A DNA stretch of 63,208 bases, the filler included, from Octopus bimaculoides (lineage: Eukaryota): NCBI RefSeq assembly GCF_001194135.2. It is 5 parts of 4 records of this genome, joined end to end, with 100 filler letters (N's around TTAATTAATTAA, not from the genome) between each part and the next. Parts side by side here need not be neighbours in the genome. Positions count along the whole stretch, not along the records: positions 22,327 to 29,295 come from NC_068981.1; positions 29,396 to 36,728 come from NC_068993.1; 3 more parts are not named here. One strand, written 5' to 3'. Below are positions 24,485 through 36,411 of this stretch, piece by piece. Position 1 is the stretch's first letter, and each line of letters begins with the position of its first letter. Both the position numbers and the translations under genes were made by a program. A model generated the notes under the pieces. It was given only the letters and a program-made list of their open reading frames with translations, searched no databases and was not told where the DNA came from.

Positions 24485-24622
24485 ATATTATTTATTTTTG
24501 ACGGATATGTGTCCTCATCTTGTTCGTTGTTAACACGTTTCGGCTGATATACCCTCCAGCCTTTATCAGGTGTCTTGGAGAAATTTCGAACCTGGGTACT
24601 CATTTCTAAGGTATTTTTCGAT
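24485..24622 (-). ncRNA. hammerhead-ribozyme-bearing repeat unit, copy 1 (degenerate core)
   Basis: Minus strand gacac-ctgataa-aggctg(gagggtatat)cagcc-gaaacgt-gtt. Homologous to 25300-25420 and 63041-63180. Confidence 0.7.
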
Positions 24623-24666
24623 ATTGTTATTGTTATTATTATTATTATTATTATTAATATTATTAT

Positions 24667-24705
<39 letters not shown>

Positions 24706-25290
24706 TATACAGATAAATATGTGTTAGTATGTATAGATATACATGTGCCAATGTGTAAATGCTTTAATTTGAATACATATTTTTTAAATATATTGATGAA
24801 TAACGATTTATAAGTAAGACTTAGAAAATAAATACTATAACGGTCAACTTTTCAAACTTTCATCTATGCTTGATTTTCAATATGACGCATATTGATGAAA
24901 TCGCCACTCAAGTATAGTTTACCTGAACCCTGTCTATTAACAAACCAATAGAGATAATTTATTTTTATATACAACCGATGAATATCTAATCTATCCTTCA
25001 TTTATTTTATTATATAATTATATTCCCTTGCATATTTAAGTAGTATTACTTTTCTTTTTATTTACATTTTATGCTATATATATTCTACATATATACATTT
25101 TTTCTTCAATTTCTATTATTTTATTTTTATCCTTCTTAATTTCTTTCTTTAGCCTTATTATTTTAGGTTACTTCTATTTTTTTGATTTTTAATTTTATTT
25201 TTATTTAATTTATTTCTTTACTACACTATGACATCTCTACTAATATCTATAACTCACCACCTCGATACATTCACATTATATATACATACA

Positions 25291-25601
25291 TACATTATTT
25301 ACATTATTTACATTTGACGGATATTTCTCCTCATCTTGTTTGTTGTTAACACAGCGTTTCGGTTGATATACCCTCCAGCCTTCGTCAGGTGTCTTGGGGA
25401 AATTTCGAACCTGGATTCTCATTCCTAACGATGTTACTATTATTATTTATTATTATTATTACTATTATTAATCAGGTCGCTGCCTGTGAATCGAACTCGG
25501 AACCTTGGGGTTAGTAGCCCGCGCTCTTAACCACTACGCCATATGCCCGTGGGCAATTATGGGGTGAATTTTAAGGCTTATAAATCTATTATTTTTCTAT
25601 C
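25291..25601 (-). mobile_element. tRNA-like Pol III head + (AAT)n + hammerhead unit, copy 2, at the 3' end of a PLE
   Basis: A-box tggcgtagtggtt (25529-41), B-box gagttcgattc (25488-98), an AAT run, then acac-ctgacga-aggctg..caacc-gaaacgct-gtgt (25349-93), and a tail (tgtaaataa)x2. Confidence 0.75.
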
Positions 25602-26114
25602 NNNNNNNNNNNNNNNNNNNNNNNNNNNNNNNNNNNNNNNNNNNNNNNNNNNNNNNNNNNNNNNNNNNNNNNNNNNNNNNNNNNNNNNNNNNNNNNNNNN
25701 NNNNNNNNNNNNNNNNNNNNNNNNNNNNNNNNNNNNNNNNNNNNNNNNNNNNNNNNNNNNNNNNNNNNNNNNNNNNNNNNNNNNNNNNNNNNNNNNNNNN
25801 NNNNNNNNNNNNNNNNNNNNNNNNNNNNNNNNNNNNNNNNNNNNNNNNNNNNNNNNNNNNNNNNNNNNNNNNNNNNNNNNNNNNNNNNNNNNNNNNNNNN
25901 NNNNNNNNNNNNNNNNNNNNNNNNNNNNNNNNNNNNNNNNNNNNNNNNNNNNNNNNNNNNNNNNNNNNNNNNNNNNNNNNNNNNNNNNNNNNNNNNNNNN
26001 NNNNNNNNNNNNNNNNNNNNNNNNNNNNNNNNNNNNNNNNNNNNNNNNNNNNNNNNNNNNNNNNNNNNNNNNNNNNNNNNNNNNNNNNNNNNNNNNNNNN
26101 NNNNNNNNNNNNNA

Positions 26115-26480
26115 TTTTGAGGGGGCAACATGTTTCGCCTTTGTATAATCTACCACAGCTGCATGGGATGGAGTACACGCAGTTTTTGGTCATATTCTTT
26201 TCTGTTGGTGGTTTTACCCGAAGGAGATATTTGTGAAGTGTTGTATTGCTCTTGAATACTGCCCTGATGTCATATGGGCCGCATATCTTTTGTATCTTTT
26301 CGGAGAGGCCTTTCACATAGGGTAGACAGACTGTAGACAGTTTATTGGTTTCATCCTCTCTTTTCTTCATAATTGGAGTAGATAGTATGTTCTTGGGGTA
26401 GTTGTTTCTTAATAGATTGTTACTGAGCTTGATCATTTCCTCGTGGTGGGTATCACGTGGTGGGTAGCGATCGTGATACA
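26115..26480 (-). mobile_element. Penelope-like element, Poseidon type, RT-thumb/GIY-YIG fragment
   Basis: VCLPYVKGLSEKIQKIC...VFKSNTTLHKYL..VK...NCVYSIPCSCGRLYKGET. Confidence 0.88.
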
Positions 26481-26774
26481 TACATACATGCATACATACA
26501 TACATATATATACACATATAAACAAATGTGTAGTATGTACTCGTAAATACACACACGCGTATATCAGCACAATTTATATACATATTTGTCTATTTGTCTT
26601 TTCTCCGGGTGCTGTATGAATACTTGATGTGGTTTTAGAGTCACGTTTTGACTGCTAGCATGGCGATATCTTTTAGATACCCTTAATTATAATTTTGATA
26701 ATACCTACTACCTATAAGATTTCTATTCCCATGCTGGCCACTTGATATGATCGGTATTTTAAATAGCGATCTTT

Positions 26775-26964
26775 ATAAGCTCCAATATATAATTTACAAT
26801 GGAATATAGCAATGAACAGCTCTCATTTCTGGACATTTTGATTATAAAAATATCCAACAACCAAATTGCAACCGACATCTACTACAAACCAATAGATTCA
26901 AGACAGTATCTCCTTTTCAGCTCATGCCATCCTAAACACACCAAAATGAATATCCCATTCAATC
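26775..26964 (+). mobile_element. Penelope-like RT C-terminal fragment
   Basis: FTMEYSNEQLSFLDILI...TDIYYKPIDSRQYLLFSSCHPKHTKMNIPFN. Confidence 0.85.
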
Positions 26965-27065
26965 NNNNNNNNNNNNNNNNNNNNNNNNNNNNNNNNNNNN
27001 NNNNNNNNNNNNNNNNNNNNNNNNNNNNNNNNNNNNNNNNNNNNNNNNNNNNNNNNNNNNNNNNA

Positions 27066-27560
27066 TCTATCACATTCGAAAACGCTCACAAACCTGCTAA
27101 CTTTCTTGACGAAAGTCACCTAACAATACTAAAGTGTGTGACGTTCCTAGAAAATTCTCTACGCTTCTGAAATAGTCAAAATGCTCAGCTCCACAGATAG
27201 CATAGGCAGCCACCAACCTGAAGGCCTTACGACTGTTGTGCGTTACATCTAAGACGACCAAGCTGCCCTCCTGATCTACAAATTTAGTTATTAACTCTAA
27301 ATCCAGATTTTTCCTCAGTAGAAATGCAACTCCTCCTCACCATCCGGGATGGCTTGGAGAAATAAATCTCGCGTAGCCATTNNNNNNNNNNNNNNNNNNN
27401 NNNNNNNNNNNNNNNNNNNNNNNNNNNNNCAGTAGTAACTACTAAGTCCAATATATGCCACCTGAGGTCGTCAAGGAGGTAACTTTGCTTCCAATCCGAG
27501 CCTAGGCCGCGCACATTTATGCAACCTAAGTTGAGCGAGAACATAAAGTAACTTTACCTT
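27066..27560 (-). mobile_element. L1/Tx1-clade AP-endonuclease fragment
   Basis: LNLGCINVRGLGS at the ORF2 start, then GSLVVLDV...FRLVAAYA...VLLGDF. Confidence 0.75.
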
Positions 27561-27830
27561 TAGAGGATGGAGGAAAGTAACTCCTCCTCATCCGCTTTTT
27601 CTTATGTTGTAGTTTACGGGCGGAGGAGGGGGTGGGGCTTAATGAATTTTTGATACAGGTGGGATGAAAACTTTTTTGAAATGGGCCGACATCTTCTTGG
27701 AATGAGTTTTTTAAATGATGAGTAACTTATGGAGCCTAGTTCTATAAACTGTATGTGTGATGGGATAGTTGGGTTCTCGGGTCGTGGAATGGGGTGACAA
27801 ATGCAATTTTGTTAATGACTTGTACGAGTT

Positions 27831-28965
27831 TTAAGAAGTTCTAGAAGTAATGTTTATATAATAGCCTACCATTCCCAAGAATCTCATAAGTTCTCTCTTA
27901 GACTGAGTTACTGGAGACTGTACAATTGCTTCAACTTTAGCATGAACTGGCTGAACCAGATCGAGACCTACAACATGCCCTAAAAATACAACTTGTGCCT
28001 TCCCAAATTCACACTTGGCAAGGTTCACAATTACTCTTGCTTCAGACAGTCTTTCGAAGAAAGCACGAATTCTCTTTGGATGGTCTTCCCACCTCATGGT
28101 GTATGTGATGTCATAACCCATGTAGGCTTCGAAACCATCAATACCGGATGTGACATGGCTGACGAGTCTCTGGAATGTTGCTAGAGCGTTCTTCAGATCG
28201 AATGGCATCACTTTGTACTGATATAATCCATCTGGTGTAACAAAAGCAGATATTTTCTTCGCACGGTCTGTGAGAGGGGTCTGTCAGAAGCCCTTCAATA
28301 GCTCAAACTTACATATGCATTGAGCTCGACCAATGTGATCAACGCAATCGTCCACTCTCGGAATTGGATAAGAATCAGTTCTTGAGAGCACATTGACGGC
28401 TTTAATGTCGGCACAGTAGCGCCAACCACCTCCACCACTCTTCGGCATAAGTACTCAAAGCGAACTCCACGGATTGTCACTGGGTTCAATAGTATCATTG
28501 TCAAGCATATACTTCACTTCTTTCTGCAGAGTTTCACTTTTCACGCGGTTCATCCGATACGGATGTTGTTTAACAGGCACAGCATCACCTACATCTATAT
28601 CAAGGCTAACAATGTCAGTTCGGCCAAGCACATCGAGAAATAAATGAGTTTTCTGCTCAAGGGATAAATGTGACAATTTCTCATCAAGGTGAGATAATAC
28701 AGCAGAACTTCTTAATTTAGGTGAAACATTGTCACTAAGGTCATCAAACTTCACATTGCTAAGATAATCATCAACATTGTCAACACGGTCAACTTTGTCT
28801 ACAGTACAATCAGTAACTGGGGAGGTTGTGGCAATACAAGAGACCTGTTTGGTTCCTACCCTGTCATGGTATGACTTAATCATGTTTATATGACACAACC
28901 TTTTTTCTTACGATGGCCAGGAGTCAGGACAACATAGCCTGTGTCGTTATCCTTTTTATCAACGA
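27831..28965 (-). mobile_element. Ty3/gypsy pol fragment with Gmr1-like domain order (integrase C-terminus upstream of RT)
   Basis: GYVVLTPGHRKK.LCHINMIKSY, then DIDVGDAVPVKQHPYRMN, IEPSDNPWSS, DSYPIPRVDDC, MPFDLKNALATFQRL, NLAKCEFG and LMRFLGMVGYY. Confidence 0.85.
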
Positions 28966-29396
28966 GATATGGACAAGATATGTATGTATATATGTATGTA
29001 TGTATGCATGCATGCATGTATGCATGTATGTATGTATGAGTGTATGCCTGTGTGTGTATGCATGCATGTACCTATGTGTGCATATGTATCTATTTGTGTG
29101 TACATTTGTATGTATGTATTCTGCATATTCATGTGTTTGTATGTCTGAGTGTGTTTGTGTGTGTTTTGCAACTATGCACCGTGCTTGTATGTATGGATGT
29201 GCATCTCCATATGTGTAAGTGTGTTAAATTATAAGGCACAAGAGAGAATGACTCTCCCCAGAGACGACAGTATATATATATATATATATATATATNNNNN
29301 NNNNNNNNNNNNNNNNNNNNNNNNNNNNNNNNNNNNNNNTTAATTAATTAANNNNNNNNNNNNNNNNNNNNNNNNNNNNNNNNNNNNNNNNNNNNA

Positions 29397-32300
29397 AGGG
29401 CCTTATACCATCCTCTCCCCTACCCTGGGTTTTATCGATCTTATAGCGCATAAAGATGGTATAGTGTATGCAGGTTGTAGGCATTGTTTTGTTTATGAAT
29501 TCTGCCAAATGCAAGCATTCTTTTCAGGTACATGACACTGCTTTCCCCCATCTCAGGGTCTCATAGGCCCACACCTCCAACACCCACACCGTCAGAATTG
29601 GCACTCTCAACGTCAGCACACTGAAAGTTAGGTCTGGTGAGATTTTTGAGATGCTTGAACGGAGACCCGTAGATTTGTGCTGCATCCAAGAAGTAAGGTG
29701 GAGAGGAGGTTTCACGAGGTTCCTCAGAAGCAAAGAACACAGGTACAAGATTTTCTGGGCAGGGAACACTGACGGGGTCGGGGTCGGGGGAGTACTTCTA
29801 GCAGAGAAATGGGTTGATAAGGTAATCGAGTTAGTCAGAGTATGTGACAGAGTACTTAAGATTAGACTAGTGCTCCGCCATAGGTTAGCTACCGTCATCT
29901 CGGTCTATGCCCCTCAGCCGAGGCTACCGGATGGGCAGAAAGACCAATTCTACAACACCCTCTTGTAAACTACCTCATTGACGAATGACAGGGACCTCCT
30001 CTTTGTGGCTGATGATTTCAATGGTCATGTTGGACGACATGCAGAGGGCTTCCCTGGTGTACATGGAGGCTATGGCTTCGGTTCCCGCAATGAGGAGGGA
30101 ACCAGGCTGCTGGAGTTCTGTGATGCAAACGATCTTATGGTTTGCAATACCAACTTCAGGAAAACTGCCTGTCACCTAGTCACCTACCGTTCCGGCAGAC
30201 ACACTAGCCAAATCGACTACATCCTCGCCAGAAATAGGGAAAGAGGGCGGCTTATAAATGCCAAAATGCCAAAGCCTTCCCTGGCGAAGAATGTACCCCT
30301 CAACACAGATTAGTAGTTAGCGACTTCGGGATCAAAACAAAATGGATGCCCAGAAGTAGACCAGCTTGGAGGAGAAGGGTTTGGAAGCTTAAAGAGCCTG
30401 CAAATGGACAGAGATTTAGAGACATATTACTCGAAGCATTTGAGGAAATAGAAGGGGATATATCATCACGCAACGTGGAAGACAATTGGAGGTTTCTACG
30501 GGACAACCTGCTGAGAGCCACCGACCAGATCTGTGGCTGGTGCAAAGTCTCCTCTCGACCCAAAGTAACGTGGTGGTGGAACAATGTGGTTGACAGGGCC
30601 ATTAGACAAAAGAAACAGGCTTGGAAGGACTGGAAGAACGCAGGTAGCAGGGAATCATATCAGACTGCCAGAAGAAAAGCTAGGAGACAGGTTTACTTAG
30701 CCAGAGGGGAAGCAGATAAGAAAAAAATTTGCCACTGTTCTGCACCATGAGGACCAAAGACTTGAAGTATTTCGTGTTGCAAGACAATGTGTAAGACAGA
30801 ATCGTGATGTAGTAGGTGAGAAATGTGTCCGCTTGGATGATGGCTCACTTGCACTAAACGAGGCTGCAAAGAGAGAGGTCTGGAGACGCCACTATGAAAG
30901 GTTGCTTAATAAAGAGAATGAATGGGAGGAAGAAAGTCTGCCGCATGTCGACCCAACAGAGGGACCAACTATCCTAACTGACAGTACCTTAGTAGATAAA
31001 CCGATCAAGAGTATGAAGACAGGGAGAGCCCCTGGCCCATCAGAAATCACTGCAGAGATGCTCAAAATATCTGGCAGTGTCGACTATAGCCTAATGACCC
31101 GTATACTTAATCAGGTGATACACGAAGGAGTCATACCCAATGACTGGTGTAGCAGCACCATAGTCAACTGCTACAAAGGTAAAGGTGACGATCTAGACAC
31201 AAACAATTACAGAGGTATCAAGTTGTTGGACCAGGTAATGAAGGTCACAGAGAGGGTCATAGCCCAACAAATTAGGGAGAGAGTTAGTTTAGATGAGATG
31301 CAGTTTGGGTNNNNNNNNNNNNNNNNNNNNNNNNNNNNNNNNNNNNNNNNNNNNNNNNNNNNNNNNNNNNNNNNNNNNNNNNNNNNNNNNNNNNNNNNNN
31401 NNNNNNNNNNNNNNNNNNNNNNNNNNNNNNNNNNNNNNNNNNNNNNNNNNNNNNNNNNNNNNNNNNNNNNNNNNNNNNNNNNNNNNNNNNNNNNNNNNNN
31501 NNNNNNNNNNNNNNNNNNNNNNNNNNNNNNNNNNNNNNNNNNNNNNNNNNNNNNNNNNNNNNNNNNNNNNNNNNNNNNNNNNNNNNNNNNNNNNNNNNNN
31601 NNNNNNNNNNNNNNNNNNNNNNNNNNNNNNNNNNNNNNNNNNNNNNNNNNNNNNNNNNNNNNNNNNNNNNNNNNNNNNNNNNNNNNNNNNNNNNNNNNNN
31701 NNNNNNNNNNNNNNNNNNNNNNNNNNNNNNNNNNNNNNNNNNNNNNNNNNNNNNNNNNNNNNNNNNNNNNNNNNNNNNNNNNNNNNNNNNNNNNNNNNNN
31801 NNNNNNNNNNNNNNNNNNNNNNNNNNNNNNNNNNNNNNNNNNNNNNNNNNNNNNNNNNNNNNNNNNNNNNNNNNNNNNNNNNNNNNNNNNNNNNNNNNNN
31901 NNNNNNNNNNNNNNNNNNNNNNNNNNNNNNNNNNNNNNNNNNNNNNNNNNNNNNNNNNNNNNNNNNNNNNNNNNNNNNNNNNNNNNNNNNNNNNNNNNNN
32001 NNNNNNNNNNNNNNNNNNNNNNNNNNNNNNNNNNNNNNNNNNNNNNNNNNNNNNNNNNNNNNNNNNNNNNNNNNNNNNNNNNNNNNNNNNNNNNNNNNNN
32101 NNNNNNNNNNNNNNNNNNNNNNNNNNNNNNNNNNNNNNNNNNNNNNNNNNNNNNNNNNNNNNNNNNNNNNNNNNNNNNNNNNNNNNNNNNNNNNNNNNNN
32201 NNNNNNNNNNNNNNNNNNNNNNNNNAAGACCTGGCAAGGCAAGTGAGAGCATAATCTGTGATCTCTGCCAGAAGTGTAGCCAGCTCACTAATCCGTACCT

Positions 32301-32905
32301 TTACTTCATTGGACACTAAAAACCCTGCTTGCGAAGACCTGTTGAGGCAAGTGAATTTGGAATTTGAAATTTGAAATCTGAAATCGATATCGAACCGAAT
32401 CCGATGACTGGCACCCATGCCAACCTCTCCTTCATTGGACACTAAACTCTGCTTGCGAAGACCTGTTGGGGCAAGTGAAATCGTAATTGAACCATACTCG
32501 ATGACTGTTCACCGCGCCAGTGGATCACTAACAGCACTGTCGAGCGTGTTCATTGCCAGAGCAGCTGTCTGGTTTCCTTGCTAGTGGCCCGTAAATAGCA
32601 CCATTAGAGCGTAATCGTTACCAGCGTTGCCTTCTAGCACTTGTGCTGGTGGCATGTTTAGAAAATCATTCGAGCGAGGTCATTGCCAGTGCCGCTGGAC
32701 TGCCTCCCGTGCAGGTGGCACGTAAAAAACACCTTTTTGAGCGTGGCCGTTGCCAGTACCCTGTGACAGATCCTCGTGCCGGTGGCACGTAAAAGCACCC
32801 ACTACACTCTCGGAGTGGTTGGCGTTAGGAAGGGCATCCAGCTGTAGAAACTCTGCCAGATCAGATTGGAGCCTGGTGCAGCCTTCTGGCTTGCCAATCC
32901 TCAGT
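29397..32905 (+). mobile_element. RTE-clade LINE (APE + RT, repetitive 3' UTR), gap in RT
   Basis: IGTLNV, IQEVRW, ISVYAPQ, DDFNGHVG, NEEGTRLLEFC, QIDYIL and NYRGIKLLDQVMKV..LDEMQFG. The 3' UTR has ggtggcacgtaaaagcac..cactctcggagtggttggcgttaggaagggcatcc. Confidence 0.92.
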
Positions 32906-33620
32906 NNNNNNNNNNNNNNNNNNNNNNNNNNNNNNNNNNNNNNNNNNNNNNNNNNNNNNNNNNNNNNNNNNNNNNNNNNNNNNNNNNNNNNNNNNNNNNN
33001 NNNNNNNNNNNNNNNNNNNNNNNNNNNNNNNNNNNNNNNNNNNNNNNNNNNNNNNNNNNNNNNNNNNNNNNNNNNNNNNNNNNNNNNNNNNNNNNNNNNN
33101 NNNNNNNNNNNNNNNNNNNNNNNNNNNNNNNNNNNNNNNNNNNNNNNNNNNNNNNNNNNNNNNNNNNNNNNNNNNNNNNNNNNNNNNNNNNNNNNNNNNN
33201 NNNNNNNNNNNNNNNNNNNNNNNNNNNNNNNNNNNNNNNNNNNNNNNNNNNNNNNNNNNNNNNNNNNNNNNNNNNNNNNNNNNNNNNNNNNNNNNNNNNN
33301 NNNNNNNNNNNNNNNNNNNNNNNNNNNNNNNNNNNNNNNNNNNNNNNNNNNNNNNNNNNNNNNNNNNNNNNNNNNNNNNNNNNNNNNNNNNNNNNNNNNN
33401 NNNNNNNNNNNNNNNNNNNNNNNNNNNNNNNNNNNNNNNNNNNNNNNNNNNNNNNNNNNNNNNNNNNNNNNNNNNNNNNNNNNNNNNNNNNNNNNNNNNN
33501 NNNNNNNNNNNNNNNNNNNNNNNNNNNNNNNNNNNNNNNNNNNNNNNNNNNNNNNNNNNNNNNNNNNNNNNNNNNNNNNNNNNNNNNNNNNNNNNNNNNN
33601 NNNNNNNNNNNNNNNNNNNN

Positions 33621-34530
33621 GTGATTGGTATACCAAGTTCAAAAATGGAAATTTTGACCTCAAAGTCGCACCTCGTTCTGGCTGTCCAGTTGAGGTCGAT
33701 GAAGAGCAATTAAACCAACTTTTGCACGAAAATTCTCGTCAAATGACGAGAGAACTGGCAGAGAAAGGGGAATGCTCCCACACTGCTATAGAGAAGCATC
33801 TTCACTCGATGGGAAAAGTCCAGAAGTATGGAGCATGGGTTCCGCATGCTTTAACTGACAACAACAAAAATCAACGAGCCTTAATCTCCTCTGGTTTGCT
33901 TGCTCGTCACCGCTCAGCTCATGGACACAAGCAATGATTTCTTTAACGAATCGTTACTGGCGACGAAAAATGGTGCCTGTACATCAATATGAAGCAGCTT
34001 AATGAATGGCTTAGTCCCGGTAAACAAGCGACACAGCACGTGAAACAAGATCTTCATCCGCGTAAAACGATGTTGTGCGTATGATGGGACTGGGAAGGGA
34101 TTATTCATTACAAATTGCTTGAACGGAACCAAATGATCAACGCGGACCTCTATGTTCAACAGATGGCACGACTCAACACGGCTATTCAAAAGAAAAGACC
34201 TAATCGGCAGCACGGAGTTCTTCTGCTGCATGACAACGCCCGCCCTCATATCGCCAATATGATCAAGGAAGCCATTCAAACGCATGGCCGGGAAATGCTG
34301 TCACACCCACCGTACTCTCCTGATTTGGCACCAACAGATTTCCACCTCTTTCGATCTCTTTCAAATGCTATGTGCGGAGTTTCATTCAATACTGATGTAG
34401 AACTGAGAGCTTGGTTGAATAAATTTTTCGAGTGGAAAGCGGGTGATTTCTAGTAACGAGGCATTGAAAATCTTGTTGAACGTTGGGAAGAAGTTCTAAA
34501 CAACAAGGGTGAATACATTATTGATTAATT
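33621..34530 (+). mobile_element. mariner DD34D transposase pseudogene (third family)
   Basis: WVPHAL, IVTGDEKWCLYIN and HDNARPH...PPYSPDLAPTDFHLF, with 34 residues between the two D residues. In-frame stops; both ends lie in gaps. Confidence 0.93.
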
Positions 34531-36073
34531 AGTTNNNNNNNNNNNNNNNNNNNNNNNNNNNNNNNNNNNNNNNNNNNNNNNNNNNNNNNNNNNNNNNNNN
34601 NNNNNNNNNNNNNNNNNNNNNNNNNNNNNNNNNNNNNNNNNNNNNNNNNNNNNNNNNNNNNNNNNNNNNNNNNNNNNNNNNNNNNNNNNNNNNNNNNNNN
34701 NNNNNNNNNNNNNNNNNNNNNNNNNNNNNNNNNNNNNNNNNNNNNNNNNNNNNNNNNNNNNNNNNNNNNNNNNNNNNNNNNNNNNNNNNNNNNNNNNNNN
34801 NNNNNNNNNNNNNNNNNNNNNNNNNNNNNNNNNNNNNNNNNNNNNNNNNNNNNNNNNNNNNNNNNNNNNNNNNNNNNNNNNNNNNNNNNNNNNNNNNNNN
34901 NNNNNNNNNNNNNNNNNNNNNNNNNNNNNNNNNNNNNNNNNNNNNNNNNNNNNNNNNNNNNNNNNNNNNNNNNNNNNNNNNNNNNNNNNNNNNNNNNNNN
35001 NNNNNNNNNNNNNNNNNNNNNNNNNNNNNNNCCCTACACACACATATATACGCACGCACCTGAGAATATGCTGTAACAGATGTATATTACCTGAAAAAGC
35101 AATAATATGCAGAAGCACTATTTATTATTTCCTGTTGTTTTTGTTGGCTTATATTGTCAGACAAAACTGAAAATATGTTTAACAGAAATAAAATTGAGAA
35201 AAACAATGAAAAAAAAAACATGAAAATCACATAAGAGAAAAAGAAAAAATGTAGTTAAAAAACTAGAAGGAAAACAGTAAAAATGGAGAAGAGATATAAT
35301 TAATGAAACATATTCTCTATCTTCTCGGAATTCTGAAGATCATTGCTATTTTATGTGTTTCGATGTAAAAAAAAAAAAAAGCAACAAAAGAGATAGGCTG
35401 TGGTTACTGCAGACAGGCGGGCAATGAAAAAGAAATTTGTTAGACGACAGATTATAGCGGGAAGTATGAAGGGAAGGACATAAATTCTGTCAAATTAATG
35501 AATAAAATCTCAATAAAACTTACATGAAAAATCAATAAACACATAATTGAAAGTCGTGTTTGACGTTGTTAAGTAATGAAAACTCGAAGTCTTCAAACGA
35601 AAGAGGAGATAGACAGTAGTGCAGTAAATAGAGTAAATTTTATACGGTTATAACTGAATGAGAACTAACTTAAGAAAATTGGATAAATAGAAGGAGAAAT
35701 CAATGAAATACATTCAATAAATAAATTGAAAACGATGTTCAGTAAATATATATACACACAAATAATAATAAATAAATGTAATAATACAAAACAATAATTT
35801 AATGTAATAACATAATTGAAGTAATTAGTTCATTTATTAATTCAATAGCTTAAATATATTAATAAATGAAAGATCCCAGAATTAGGGTAATTTCTTATGA
35901 AAATGAGTGAAAGTCAAGTAGAGGTTCGATTTACGTATAGCTTTTATGAAACGTTTTCTTTTCAAAATGAATATAATATTGAGTAAATGAATAGATAAGT
36001 AAAAGACGTAATAGTTTTCGTTAGTTTCAAATATGACAGAATTAAAAGAAGCAGGAAACATAAAGAATTACTA

Positions 36074-36261
36074 GTTTCAAATTTTGGCACAAGGCCAGCA
36101 ATTTCAGGTTAGGAGCATAAGCCGATTACATCGATCACAGTGCTCAACTAGTACTTATCTAATCGATCCTGAAAGGATGAAAGGCAAAGTCGAATGAAAA
36201 GATATGCAATGCCGCTAAGCATTTCGCCCTGCATGCTAACGATTCTGCCAGCTCGCCGCCT
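36074..36261 (-). mobile_element. SINE family A (small internal deletion)
   Basis: Head ggcggcgagctggcagaatcg and tail ggccttgtgccaaaatttgaaac. Confidence 0.8.
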
Positions 36262-36282
36262 TTATATGTAAAGAAATATTAA

Positions 36283-36411
36283 TTTCAAGTTTTGGCACAA
36301 GACTAACCAGTTCCGGAGAAGTGTAAGTCGATTACATCCACCCCAGTACTCAACTTTATAGACTCCGAAAGGATGAAAGGCAAAGTCGACGATTCTGCCA
36401 ACTCGCCGCCT
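36283..36411 (-). mobile_element. SINE family A with the B-box region deleted
   Basis: ggcggcgagttggcagaatc is joined directly to gtcgactttgcctttcatcctttcgg. Confidence 0.8.

Noticed and set aside
25473-25555. Possible genuine tRNA gene (apparent ACT anticodon loop)
   Set aside because: There is no convincing acceptor stem, ACT is not a normal eukaryotic anticodon, and the sequence is embedded in a repeat unit. I treat it as a tRNA-derived head.
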